Shown: piece by piece, positions 44,508 to 60,600 of the stretch | Position numbering within the stretch: position 1 is the stretch's first letter | Layout: the number at the start of each line of letters is the position of its first letter | NCBI GenBank assembly: GCA_002269645.1 | Contig: NIVC01003182.1 | Span: forward strand, 49,595-113,594 | Reading direction: 5' to 3' | Length of the DNA: 64,000 nucleotides | DNA from: Macrostomum lignano | Taxonomy: Eukaryota | Notes under the pieces: model-generated | Databases searched by the model: none | Seen by the model: the letters and a program-made list of their open reading frames with translations, nothing else | Told to the model about the DNA's origin: nothing | Program-made: the position numbers and the translations under genes

Positions 44508-45745
44508 CAGCAGCATCAGCTTCAGCAGCAGCGGCCAGCGCGCCAGTTCCAGCCTGAAGATCGTGTGCTCTACCGCGATTTCAGCACTGCTGCTCGTGCA
44601 GGAGAAGCAGCCGCTGGGCCGAAGGTGTCATTGTCAATGCCGGCACTCGCAACTGCACAGTCGATTCTGGGCGCGGCGTACAAGCGCGACACGCTGACCA
44701 GCTGCTGGCGGCTCCCGCTGGGTTGGCCGAGTCGAATAGCAGCACAACCCCGGCCGAGGACTGCGCGGCACCTGACGCTGGCGGCACGCCAGCCTCGCCG
44801 CAGGCAGACACGGCTGACTCTGCTAACGACGCACCCCGGCGCTACCCGACTCGAGTTCGAGCACCACCTGACAGATTGATGCTGCAGTGAGGGTGTTAAC
44901 TTAGGGGGGAGATGTGACATAGTGACACGATGAACTTTGCTATAGGTTGCATGCACTGTAGTGTTGACTCACTAGCAGTGGAGTTGTTATTGATCGGCTT
45001 AGAGATTGTATTTTATTCGACCCCACCCCATGCGCGCGTTTGAATCTGTCTGCACCCACCACCTCAGTGCTAAATAATAAATGTTAACAGCCTAGCTCTC
45101 AAGCGAGCACCTTTTACTCACTCCTGCAATTCCACACTTCTGCCTCGCTTAACAAAGTTATCACAGATATACTGATATACTGTTTATGACGTTTTATGAC
45201 TGATGATATGGTCATATGACAATGCTATTATCATAAGTCTACCTGAGCAAGAGCGGATTTTTGCTAATCAAGCTTAAGGTGTGAAGATGAGCACGGGAAC
45301 TCATGCAGTGCTTTCAGTCGCCCGAAATGCTACCCCCCCCCCCAGGTTACCTTCTGCTCCGCTGGTCAATCGCGCGGCCAGGGGGAGCCAGACAGAATTC
45401 GAATCCCATTCTCAAACGCTCGGGCATCGGTATGAATGCGAACTGCACGAGTGAGGAAGAAAATAGACTGCAATATCTAGGGCTGCCCATATCTCCTTGT
45501 GCATCACGAGTAACTGCGCCATATAAAGCACGTAGTGGGACTAAACTGCTAATCCTCTACGAACTAGCAAGCGAAGGGTTTTACGATGTGGGATTACTGG
45601 GATAATCGGCTTAGGCGGCAATGAACGAGCCATTGAAAGGCGGCGCGGTTAGGAGAGATGCCTGAGTGACTGGGGACAGGACTTCACTTGTGTCTGTGCC
45701 AGGGAGAGGACTAACTTGCTCAAGCATTGATCATGCAATTATACT

Positions 45746-47807
<2,062 letters not shown>

Positions 47808-48602
47808 CAGACACTAGGACACTAATACAGACAGACAGACAGGCAGACAGGCAGCCCATGGACAATCAAAAAGCGGTCAGTACACCCAACCCAGAATCAA
47901 CCGCAATCAGTCAGTAGTCTATTTATTGCTTTCCTTTGTCCCTTCGCTCCCGTTGATGCCCCAAATAGCGCCTGTCAGTCCTTTGTGTCGCTCCGCTTCA
48001 TTAACCTCTTTTTCTGCGTGCCCCCAGCCAATGACACAGCCAGACGGGGCTCCATTGGCCAGCGGCAGGTAGGTGAGACAGAGCCAGGTGTTCTGCACTG
48101 CAAGCCGCGCTTCTTAAATCAATCGATGATCAGCTCTGGACATCTCGAACTAATAAGAGCTACAGAATCCTTTCCCCATCTAAGAAAAGGGATCTTTTTG
48201 GCTTCTCCTCGGCAGCGGTTGTATAAAGCAATTCCATTTAGTTATTTCTTCAACAGCAACACTCAAGTCAGCTCCATTGCAGTGTCATCAGGAGACAGCA
48301 GCCCCTGAGTCTCGGCTTCAGACTCTTCTCAACTCTTCGAGTCTGAGCCCATTACCGAGTTTGAGCTGATAACCCAGCAGGACTTCGATAGGAGGAAAAA
48401 CAATTAACAGTGGCTGACCCCAAGCGAGGAAGCTTTAATAGGATAATCTCTAAGAGAGCGCTCGATCGAATCCCTAGAACCCAGATCGAAGTGGAGAAGC
48501 CAGTATAAGATAAAATAAGCAGAATTTCCGGCTTTATCGACGCGTCTTGAGTCGCTCAGTCTTGGCAGAAGAGCAGAGTGAGCCACCCAGCCACGCACCG
48601 GC

Positions 48603-51600
48603 ATGAGCTGCAGATTTCGGCTGTGCCACTTGCTGGGGATTCTGGTGAGTTGGAACTCCTCGTTTATCTGCTGCTTACAGGCCTTGGTCTCTAATAGCCG
48701 GGATAATGAGATTAAAGTGGATATTGGGATGATGGGATTAAAGGGGATATTGGGACAATGGGATATTGGGATAATGGGATATTTGGATATTGGGATAATG
48801 GGATATTTTCAGAATGGGATTTTTCAGAATGGGATTTTTTGAAAAAAGGGATAATGGGATATTGTGAGCCTGGGCTAAGAGAAAAAAGTTTAACAAATAC
48901 TTTAATCCCTGTCCTCAGTCTGCAGCAAAGGACAAAATTAGACAAGAAATGTTGTCACGAATTTTGCCTCAGCCCATTTTTTACAGAAAAAGTTTGTGTC
49001 AGATAAAGAAGACGTGCCGAAGAAGCAGGGAGCAGGTGAGGGAATTCTATAGCGGCTTGATAATTGAGGGGCTTCGGTAAGCAAGAGAGGATGGCCTGTA
49101 CGAAAGAGGTTCAAGTTTACCTCTAAAGCAACCCCTGTAGAATTCTTACCTTATCCAGTCGATAAACTGTTCACTCGGGCCATTGAGTGAGTAGAAAATT
49201 GCAGTGCAAACATTTTAATCAGCATTTCCATTGAAATCAGACCGAACAGAAAGCGTCATGAGACTTCAACTTGAAGGCTCGATAGCACTATAAATGCCAT
49301 AATTTTGTTTGCCTATTGTTCTCACTTAACTTCTCTACCTTCACTATACTTTTCTGAAGTCTAACCAGGTGTCACTGGCAGTCCCTGGCACTGAATTGCA
49401 GGTGTCACTGGCACTGAATTACAGGTGTCACTAGCACTGAATTACAGGTGTCACTGGCACTGAATTGCAGGTGTCACTGGCACTGAATTGCAGGTGTCAC
49501 TGGCACTGAATTACAGGTGTCACTGGCACTGAATTGCAGGTGTCACTGGTACTGAATTGCAGGTGTCACTGGCACTGAATTGCAGGTGTCACTGGCACTG
49601 AATTGCAGTGGTGTCACTGGCACTGAATTACAGGTGTCACTGGCACTGAATTACAGGTGTCACTGGCACTGAATTGCAGGTGTCACTGGTACTGAATTGC
49701 AGGTGTCACTGGCACTGAATTGCAGGTGTCACTGGCACTGAATTGCAGTGGTGTCACTGGCACTGAATTACAGGTGTCACTGGCACTGAATTACAGGTGT
49801 CACTGGCACTGAATTACAGGTGTCACTGGCACTGAAATGCAGGTGTCACTGGCACTGTTGCCCCAGATTTTACTGAAGTTTAATGAAGACATAAAAAAGT
49901 CACCGAAAGGCAAGATTTATTAACAAAAGACAAAATTTATCCCTCGAGTTTTCGCATAAAAGTACACAAGCGTCAGTCGAGCGAGATGAGCGAGGACTTG
50001 AAGGAGAGGAGATGATTAGGACAAATAAGGACCCTCTGGATTTTATTCCGAAGCGAACTTCCCTCGTCACTGTCAAACTCGCGACAGGCAAGAGTAAATT
50101 ACATGTGGCAGGACCTCGACAACTGACATTCAATACAGATACGCCGAACTGTCGTCTTGTTGCTATGCCATCCGTTGCTATGGCAACCAATCAATGCCGG
50201 AGACGCAAACACTGGCCGAATTCAAGGGGAGATGGTCACGGTTCGAATTGGCCAGCCAGTCCTGCTGCAATGTCCGGTGCTTCAACGAAGCTTCTACACC
50301 GTCAGCGTCAAGCCGAAGTACTTGGAGTGGTCTTTGCCCATGGGCCGGCCGCAACCAACCAAGTGTCCGGTCTACCTGATGAAGAGCGAAGACGAAGAGC
50401 CCGGCTGTCCGGGTGAGCTGACGGGACTCGGCGTGTCCTTGTGGCACCTCACCCAGCTCAGGGTTCACTCGGCGGAGCTGAGGCACGAAGGCCTCTACAA
50501 CTGCTCGGTGTACTGGAATGCGACCGGGGTGAACGGGGCGGTGCAGCTGCTGGTGCAGGGTGAGTCGTGGGGTGTAGGAAATGGAGTGTGGGTGTGGGAA
50601 ATAGGGTGCGGGAAATAGGGAGTGGGAAATAGGGTGTGGGAATGAGGTGTGGGAAATGTGGTTTGGGAAATAGGGTTGTGGGAAATGGAGTGTGGGAAAT
50701 ACTGTAAATTAAGACAGGTAAAGTGTCTATCTGAGAGTCTATCAGAGTTTTTGTTTCTCTGTCTGTCTGTCCTTCGTTTCTCTCTCTCTCTTTGTCTCTC
50801 CCTCATTCGCCTTGCAAAACAACTCTCGTCTCTGTAAAAATTAGTGGTCAGTGAGCAGAAAACTTGGCATGTATAACACAGGTAATTTGCTGTTTCAACT
50901 GACTAACCAGACGATAATCACAATGAAGGTCATTTTCATCGCAGTTTACAGAGTCAAGCACTCTTAGAAATCAGGCATGCCCTGCTAGCTTTTTGCTTGA
51001 TGCATGTGGCAGCGAATAGAAAAAGTGGTTAGTCAGAATACAAGCTCATTCTCAAGAATAAGATTGGTAAAAGCATAATAGTGGTCTGGCACGGCGCTCT
51101 GATGTGCCAGCGGCCCAGGCTCGATTCCAAGTGCAGTCACATTCATTTTGGGCTAAATTGGAATCTCGGCTTGGCTCTGCTCGTGCAGTTAACGGCCTTG
51201 AGGGCCAACCCCCAAGGCACAGTGAAGTGTACATGCCTAACGATAAATAAAGTTAGGGCCGCTGTACACTCCTGTGTGAGTGTGTGCCTGTGCGTATGAC
51301 TGCGTACGTATCCGCGCGCTTGTGTGCCTGCTCAGGGGAGTCGGCGGAATGGGCAGCAATGCCTCTCGCCGGTTGTGTGACAATGTCGCTTAAAGTGCGC
51401 CAGGGTGCACACAGCCCCTTGCTTCTCAAAAAAATGGTACCCACCGCCCCGTGTGTAGCTAAGGTTGGCTCAGGAGGGAAGTCGCTTAGAACCGATGAAT
51501 ACGCACTATGCCTCAGCTTAAAAGAGGTCAGAAAGAGTCAAAAAACGGAAAGTAAAAAGATGAGCAGTTCGATTATATTTAGCGGAGAGGAAGTTAATTC

Positions 51601-54600
51601 GCACGACCGTAAAACGTAGTGCCGGAGTGAGGCGGCAAAGAGCTCCTAGGAATAATTGAAATCGGGGGTACCAGGCCTAAATGCACATCGCAGTGGATAA
51701 AATTAAATATTTCTGTCTCCAGGCCTTTTAAAGCCTTTGCAGATCCACTGCATTAGCGGGAATTTCTTCTTATAATTTATTGTCACTTGGACTGAAACCA
51801 GAGCTCCTGACCCGAGAGCTTCGAGAGATTATAACCTGGAGCACTTGATCCTGAAGTTGAAGGACATTGGGAGTGACTAGATTTTCGATTCTCTCGTACT
51901 TCTATTTTAAAAGACATTCACTTTGTTGAAGTTTTGTAACTTTCTCAGTTGATCCGCGCAGTACCGCTTGGACTTTTGTTGAATAAAAAAATCTGTTTTT
52001 GTTTATTGCGCGCTAAAAAATGCTCATGAGGCCCCAGCCCTCAAGGCACAGATTGTGTGCATGCCGGACACTGAGAAAGTCAGTGTCAGGCCGCCGTAAA
52101 CTCTGTGAGTGTTCGTGCTCGGAGCTGCGTGGAACGGGCATGCTGCCTCTTCGCTGGCTTGTGGTTCGACCGTCGCCCTGACTAATTGCGACAGCGCCCA
52201 CAGCGCTTTCCTGAGCTGTTTGGCCGGGTTCTTGGGCGAGCGGTTCTCTTCACGCTCGTAACTTCCAACTTGAAAAAAACTACTTTAGACTAGAAGATTT
52301 TGATCCAACCTAAATCATTGACGATTCATTCACTATCGAATACCCCGAGTAGTCTTTATTCAGGATTTATCGGGAATCGTCGAAAACACCTGACAGACAA
52401 GCCAACAGCGCCGCTGCACTTGAACGCTACTGTGCTTGGCTCGCACGCGATTCACCTGACTTGGCAGCCTCCGCGTCATCTGCGCCACCTGCCGTTGACC
52501 TCCTACGAAATTGCCACGAGCAGCGGCACCTATCGTCACCTTGGAGACCGATTGATCTGGCATAGAGTTGAGCCTAGACGACTCAGCTACAGGGTGACAG
52601 GCCTGACAGCATACACTGAGTACTGCACCTGGCTGCGAGCCGCTAATCAGCTGGGCCCGGGACCGAGCACTCGCCGCTGCGAGCTACGAACTCTGGAGTC
52701 TCCACCGCAGCCAGCGGCCCTGTCCGCTACCGTCACCAACGTCCAAGCCACCAGCGCCAAGCTTCGATTGAGCGTTGCACCGGCCGGGCATCCGTCTCTG
52801 GGCGGCAGACTGCGCGAGGTCCGGGTGCGATGGCGTCGGACGCGCCACCTCGAATCGCACGCAGGCATGGAGGATCAGTGGACTGAGAAGACACTGGTTG
52901 CTAGGCAGTTTCGCAGCCGAACCACTGCCAGCCAGGACGTTGATCTGATGCTCGATGATCTCGAAGCTTTTAGCGGCTACAGTGTGCGATGCACCGTGCA
53001 CAACTGGAGATACGCTGGGCCGGAGCTTCTACTGACTTTTGAAACACTGGAGGGCGGTGAGGAGTCTTATCTGTAGTTTTTCTCTGAACCTGGATGCAGT
53101 GCCTAAAGTGGGGTCACTTTCAGAAAATCAAAATTTGCATAATAAAAAATTCACATTGTTACTTTCACCGGAGAAAAGCTTCACAAGCTCGAAATTTTCG
53201 ATTCAGCAGAAGTGCAGACTAGAATGCAAGCCTTTTTGAACTTGTGAAATTTCGATCTCACGACCCCATAAAGTGGTTTTCGGTGCAGAAAATTTAGAAA
53301 ACATACGTCATGTGCAGTCTGGCGTGTTTTATGAAGACTTTGCAAAATGTAGTGATACAATCGATCTTGGTTTCTAACCAATAAAACATTCAATTCGATT
53401 AGAACGTTCTGGGTTTGGATGCATTCAGTAGTTCTTAGCATCTTGAATCGATGCGGGATCAATGTTTTAAAAGGATACTTAGATTTCAAACTTTACATTT
53501 CAATGCAGAAGCCCCAGCGCCCACGCTGGCCCAGGACACGCACGCCCTGTTCGACACGAATGTCAGCGTCTCCTGGTCTCGTCTAGCCAGAGTGCCGGGC
53601 CACCTGACCGGCTACCAGCTCTCGTTGTCCGGCCCCTTCAACAGTCGCCGGTTGATCAACATTTCCAGCGAGTTCACTCGGTACTGCATCGCTGGACTAA
53701 AGCCGGCCACTCGATACTCAATCACCATAGCAGCTGTCACTCGCGTCCGAGGCCCTGGGCGCGCGTCTAACCGAGTAGACATCGCCACGGAGCCCAGCTG
53801 GCCAAGCCGGCCGCGAGATGTCCGGGTGGATGAGAGAAGCTACGAAGCCGGCCTGTTGGTCTCCTGGGCCAGTCGCGGCTTCTTCGTCGGTTCGCCCGCG
53901 GTTGACCGCTCAGAAACACCGTATCCGCCCAACCTGCTGCTGTTCAGAGTTGAATGGCGGCTACGCAAAGTCTCCCAAGGTCTGCGGCTGGCAGGACGTC
54001 CAGGTGGTTCGAGGGAGACCCTCGTGCTGAGTCAGCTGGGCCAATGCCGGGTCAATGCGGCGTGGAGGCCCAGGGCCCAGGTCGCGAATGCAACAGTCTA
54101 CCCAAATGAATCAGCAGAGGCGAGGACTAAATACCTGAGCACGCGCATCTGTGTAGGTTTTTATGCTAGCCTAAGATGATCTATTTCAAATAGTATTTCC
54201 TTGATCCCCCTAGACTGATGTCACACGAGTCTTTTTGGTCAGTTTCACTGGATCCATTCGTCAGCTAATAAAAACAACTCTGACTTTGCACGGGCTCAAT
54301 TTAATCTAGAGCATATCTAAATTTTCAAGCAAAAGATCAGGAAAAGGCATGGTTAAATGAATCGAATGCTCTTTAGATGATAGAAGAAAGAATATTTCTC
54401 GTACAATAAAGGTTGGGGCCTAATAGTACTTTGACGGCTTTCGTCATTTCATGGCTAATTTTATACGTCAAATTCCGTAGCGGAATGCACTTTTTCAGCT
54501 TCTGCAAGGGCAGCTGTTTTCTGCTGTTTCTGATGGGCGATTTTGAGGCTTTGTAGGCGAAAAAATATCATTTTTCTCTTTGTTCATCTATTCAGGAGCT

Positions 54601-57600
54601 TTGGCTTGCTGCTGGGCTGTTTGAGAACTGGGGAAGGGGCGCAAGACTGTCTTGTAGGGATGGCAGCAGGTAGCAACTGAAACCTGACTCCCACGAGTTG
54701 ACAAAATGATAGCCCTCTCATCCTGTGCTTGTATAATTGTAGTCTGCACTGTCTTTAGTAGCTAACAGTCTGCTATTTAGGAGCTATGTTTTTTTCATAG
54801 CAGATATAGAGACAGCTTAACCTCGGCAAGCTTATGTTGAAAATGAACAACGCTTGCGGAACCTCCCTACGAGCGTACTACTCTAGTTGCATGCATTGAC
54901 TTCCTTCTCTTTCCGCTTCGCCAATCGTTATAAAACGTGACATAAAACGCTATCGTTTTATATCAGATTCCATTGACTAAAAATGCGGAAAAATGGGGTT
55001 GTCAATCTGCGCACTGCTAGAAGTCAACCAGTTCGTAGAATTTGGGCAGTTACATATAACAGGCAATTTGATATCTCTTTAATAACAAGGATAAAAGTTC
55101 AGTAGCACTGGCGGTCGAACTCAACTTTAAAAAACATCCACTGAAACAATTTCTTAAATCTGCCTCAATCAACTCAGGAGTTAATACCCTGGACAACACT
55201 GGCAAGATCAATCGGAATTGCAATCCAGCAGCATTCGAATCCATCAGCGCATGTCAGCCTGGACGTCGTGGTAACAAGCGTTGGATTGTCCCAGTGGGAC
55301 CGCGACCGCAGGTATCCCGGGCACAAGGCAAAAACCGTCAGCGTCTCTGTGCCTCTTGCATATCTGTTAATCGACCGTTCGACTTGGGACGGCCTGGCTG
55401 ACTTTAACAACGAATTCTCTAACGGCGACGAGTCGGCGATAGCTACAGGAGATCGGCGACGCCGGCAAGTGACGTCGGTGAGCATTGGACTCGGCGTTGG
55501 CTGCCTGTTTGCAGCGCTGGGACTGGTGGCGGCCGTGCTGCTGGCCTGGCAGTGGCTCTGCGGCAGGGCGACGCGTCGGAACCGAGGCGTCGGCAGTGCC
55601 AGCTATCGCAGACGAAGGCTGCGCGCCGTTGGCAGCAGCATAGGCGGCGGTGGAACCAAAAGCGGCTGCGGAGTGGAGATTGGAGATTCCGGTTAGGACG
55701 CATGTTTGACCTGCATAAGAACTCAATATTAGAGTCTTTTTTAGAATTTTCATGGTAGATAATTCTTTTAGCTTTAGACATTTTGTCGCGATTTTTTAAT
55801 CCATTGCGTCATGGAAGCATGGCACTTTAACATAAAAGTTCTCTTCGATACTTTGCTTGCTGACCTAATTCTGTCAGCATCAATTCACAAGTTGCAAGCA
55901 TCTAGCTTAGCCCAAAGCCATGCAATCCTTTCAGATCCACACGACCCTGCTCAAACATCGGCTCTTCTGAGTAACCCGGCGGGCATGACTATAGCCGAAT
56001 TCCGGGATCACGTGATCGCTTGTCACGCCAACGACGATTCCGGCTTTCAATCGGAGTTCCAGGAGCTCCAAAGCTCGGACCCGCCGATCTCGTTGACTGC
56101 ATTAGATTGCAAACCAGAGTCCGAGGACAAGGAGAAAACGACGCGCGAAGCTTTTGTAGCTGCGTGCTGGAAATATCCAGAAAATTTGAGTAAAAATCGA
56201 CACCCAGATGTTTACCCGTGTAAGTTTGATTATTTACGTTGTCCTTTGTCGATCTAAGATATTGATTGTACTTTCAATGGCATCCTTAAACTAGTTGCTA
56301 TAAAATTTTTACCAGGACACAGTTCTTAGTTGGTCAAAAGTTGCCTTTCTTAACCGTCAATACAAATGTCTCTTGATGGTCGCTCCTGTCTCTTGGTAGA
56401 CACTCCTGTCTCTTGGTAGGCGCTCGTGTCTCTTGGTGGTCGCTCCTGTCTTTTGGTAGACGCTCCTGTTTCTTGGTAGGTGCTCATGTCTCTTGGTAGG
56501 CGCTCCTGTCTCTTGATGGTCCCTCCTGTCTCTTGGTAGGCGCTCGTGTCTCTTGGTAGGCGCTCGTGTCTCTTGGTAGGAGCTCGTGTCTCTTGGTAGG
56601 CGCTCCTGTCTCTTGGTAGGCACTCCTGTCTCTTGGTAGGCACTCCTGTCTCTTGGTGGTCGCTCCTGTTTCTTGGTAGGTGCTCATGTCTCTTGGTAGG
56701 CACTCCTGTCTCTTGGTGGTCGCTCCTGTCTTTTGGTAGACGCTCCTGTTTCTTGGTAGGTGCTCATGTCTCTTGGTAGGCGCTCCTGTCTCTTGATGGT
56801 CCCTCCTGTCTCTTGGTGGGCGCTCCTGTCTCTTGGTAGGTGCTCATGTCTCTTGGTAGGCGCTCCTGTCTCTTGATGGTCCCTCCTGTCTCTTGGTAGG
56901 CGCTCGTGTCTCTTGGTAGGAGCTCGTGTCTCTTGGTAGGCGCTCCTGTCTCTTGGTAGGCGCTCCTGTCGTTCGTTGTTATCTCCTAGACATAAAAATG
57001 GAGCCAAAAAGTTGCTATCAGATGTGCTCCTGTCATTCGTCGAGTCTAGCTTGGTTACCAGTTTCATTTAGTTTTTGAGGGTAGCGCAATTTTCGCGGGG
57101 GCGATTGGTGACCTCCTGACCGAGCCCCCATCTGCTTACGTATTGATAATCCTGTGTATAAGCTGCTTTTCTCAGTCGCAATCAGAAGTAATAACTGCCG
57201 CTACTTCAGACGATCACAACCGGGTCATACTTCGGTCAACTTCAACTAATAAGAAAAATGCCGACTACATTAACGCCAGCTATATTAGTGTAAGTAAAGT
57301 TTATTTATTTTGCTCAAGTATACTGATAGCACATACGCTAACACCTATTACCATCATTTTAAACTTTGAGCAGGGATTTAAAAAAGAGCGAGCCTACATC
57401 GCCTGTCAGAGCCCTCTGCAGTCAACTTTTGATGACTTCTGGCTAATGGTTTGGGAGAATCGAGTGAGCAGCATTGTGATGCTGTGCAACCTGGTTGAGG
57501 CCGGTCGGGTGAGTTATTATTAGTTCATTGACAAGATTAAATCTTGTCAAGATTAACTCTCTTTCAAGATTAAATCTTAAGGGCAGAGTTTCTTCTTTGA

Positions 57601-60600
57601 GATCCTGTTCTCAAAACCTAATTATAATGGAGAGATGGGATCGAACAACAAATATGAACAGCTAGTTTAAAAGAAGATTGCAGTTACTGCGCTCGTATGG
57701 TCATCGCTGGATAAAATCTTTTTGTGCTTTGCATGACTCCATAGGATCTGAAGATGTTTTGCATAGCCGAAGCAATATTGTTTCGTCAGGGTCTTTTTGT
57801 GCTATGGCATAACATATTAATGCTAACCTGTCAACTAATTCACCGTTTTACAAATTGCTTTAAATCCAACGAAACAGCGCAAATGCGATCAATACTGGCC
57901 TAGTGGCGGCAGCAGCCAGGTCTACGGTCCGGTGACTGTTGAGCTAATTGGACAAGCAGTCAGGTGGGATCACAAGGTGCGCCTGTTCGAGCTGCACTGG
58001 ACAGGCAGCGGCAGCGACAGCTCGCTCAGTCGCCGCCGAGTGAGGCAGTTCCAGTACTGCCGATGGCCCGACTGCGGCGTCCCGGCGTCGCCGCTGGCGC
58101 TGCTGAACTTCGTCCAACTGGCTGGGGGCATCGACGAAGACAGAATGAACTCAACAGCCAGCTGCACTGGTGGGCCAATCGTTGTGCACTGCAGGTGAAG
58201 CTTTTAACGATCTGTGTGTAGCACGAGGGGAAGATGGGTTTATCGTGCGATTGGCAGCCATGAGGGTCAACCCTGGTCAAGAGAGTGTTCATGCCTGACG
58301 ATCAGAAAGTCAGGACTGCTGTACACCCTGTGTGAGCGAGTGTGTGAGTGCGTGTCTGCAGAATGGGCAAAACTGCCCCAGTGCAGGTTGTGGGGAAACT
58401 AAGTCGCCGAAGGAAGTTCGTCGGCGAATAATTCTGATATTCACAGCTGTTTTTGTTTTTCATTCTTAGTTTTCATCTCAAAAGACTAGGCGACTTTGAA
58501 AATGTAGAGTCAGTTTGGAGAAAAAGATTGATTAAAAGGATAAAAGTTTTGACGTCTGAGGAAAGTCTAGTTAAGCAATGATTACCTGAAGCTTTAGTGA
58601 CTTACGGTCAAAATTGAGCGGATTAGCAACTCATGAAATCGAGGGTTGTTTACAGAGTTTACAGAGCGTGTAAACAACAAATATTTTTAAGTGAACGAGC
58701 TTAGCACGGAAAAAACTTTTTGCTGTTTTTTGATCCATTTACTTCAGTAGTTCTCACAGCTGAGTCTTGGATGCATTAAAACTAGTGAGGTGCTCTCAGT
58801 CAACGAAAATGGAATGCTTCTAAAGTATTTCGAATGAAATTTCACTAAGGATATTAGCAAAGTCAAAAAATAAGCGTACCAGCGCGGTACTTCTTATTTA
58901 TGAAGCATTTCCTATTCGAAATTTTCAAGACAAATAGCGAATTATACGATTTACCAAAACATCCGGCAACCTCCCTTGCCCCCAGCGCTGGCACAGGTCG
59001 CACGGGTGTCTTCATCACTGTCGACGCTCAGATGCGCAGAATGCTCGGCGATAGGTCCGTCGACGTGCGCAGCTTCCTGGCTCATGCCAGGCGGCAGCGA
59101 ATGCGGCTGGTGCAGACAGTGCAGCAGTACGCTTTGTGTGCACGACGTTCTACTGGAGTTTCTGCTGTGCCCCGAACGGAGGATCTCACGGCATCGGCTG
59201 ACGTCCTGGGTTCGATCGTTGGCCGACAGAGAGCCGTGCGGTTGCAGCCGATTGGAAACTCAGTTCCAGGTGAGTTCACGATTCCAGTAGAACTTACTGG
59301 ACAATGCTATTCGCTGAAAATTGACTTCATAAGTCCACTTTCAATTTTGGAACTCGTGAGTTTAATTTTGTATTGGCAACGCACGGGCGTAGTTACCATA
59401 TTCTATCAGTTTCTTGTTGCCTACTTATCCTTTATCTTTAGGCAGAAATTCACTGTGTATGAATCTCTAGTCTTACTGTAATTTTAGCACTCGCCGTGCC
59501 GAAGTTGGCTATGATTGGAAATGGCGTTCGGGTGCTATAAAGGAAATTGAATCCAAGTTCCGCGCACTCGAGCGAAAATTGACGAGGAGAGGAAGCTCGT
59601 CATTCCCGAAGAAGCCATCGCCACATGACACCGTGTACAGTGTACGACAACAAACAAGCATTGAAGATTCACGTACCTTCACTTTCTTTGATAACCATTG
59701 CTCAATGAGTTTTCCGGACAGGGCGACTCTCGCGTGACGGGCCTGCTTTCAAAGAGCCAAAGTGTATCGGTATCAGGTTTAACTTTTAGGAGCTACTCTG
59801 CAACAAATGGCTTTGGTTGAAAGCGTGGCTTGCGTCATTCGGAAAAATGGAAATAGCAATGGAATCAGAGTGCTCTATTTTTGTTCTCTTTAAAGGGACT
59901 CTGAGCAGTTCACATTCTTTGATTTTTTGTCTTGATTTTCACAATCAAATGCCGATGTCCTGAGAAGCTAAAATGATTTTTACGTCTATTTTTACCTGCC
60001 CATCTTTCTCACTTAGCTTTGCGTTGCTCACGAAGCCAGCCACGGTGACTTTGAGGCGGCACTAAAGCCGTGCAATGCACAGAAAAACCGGGCGGATCCG
60101 AACTCTGGGGACTCCCCGCCTACTTGCCGCCGAGGAGGGCAGAGTCAAACTGACGCCAGAGCCTGGGGTTGAGGGTCCGACTACATCAACGCAACGATTT
60201 TGCAGGTGAGCTAATACAGAGCGACACTAAGGCCGGTTTCGTTGCCACTTGATTAATTCTTAATCCACTTGATCAACACAACTTTATCAGCTTTAGTTGA
60301 CCAGGATTCTCACGCAGTCTCAAGACGAATCTCCAAGGCTAGCTATACCTAATTCCATTATGCATCTCATGACCAAACAAGCCTAACTTTAAACAAATAA
60401 TCTTTGAAATACAATGTGAATTCTGGCATTTATTTTAGGGTTATCATTCAGCCAGTGAGTTCATTGTAACTCAGCACCCGACAGTCAATACCACTGGAGA
60501 TTTTCTTCGAATGGTCTGGGAGCAAAACTGTGCGACAATAGTGTGCCTCCAGCCGCCCGAGGATCCGCTACCTTGCTGTCCTTGGGCTGAACACAATTCT

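Larger units (their letters stand above)
42135..45165 (+). mobile_element. Mag-clade Ty3/Gypsy LTR retrotransposon lacking RT/RNase H
   Basis: 253-bp TG...CA LTRs (42135-42387, 44913-45165; three mismatches seen). 5-bp TSD GATAT (42130-42134, 45166-45170). PBS TGGCGACGAG at 42389-42398; PPT AGGGGGGAGA at 44903-44912. Confidence 0.94.

Noticed and set aside
51990-52260. GC-richer intronic patch with a ~80-codon minus-strand frame
   Set aside because: No recognisable domain, start or splice context.
56350-57067. QETGAPTKR-repeat ORFs
   Set aside because: Antisense translation of a 21-bp intronic minisatellite.
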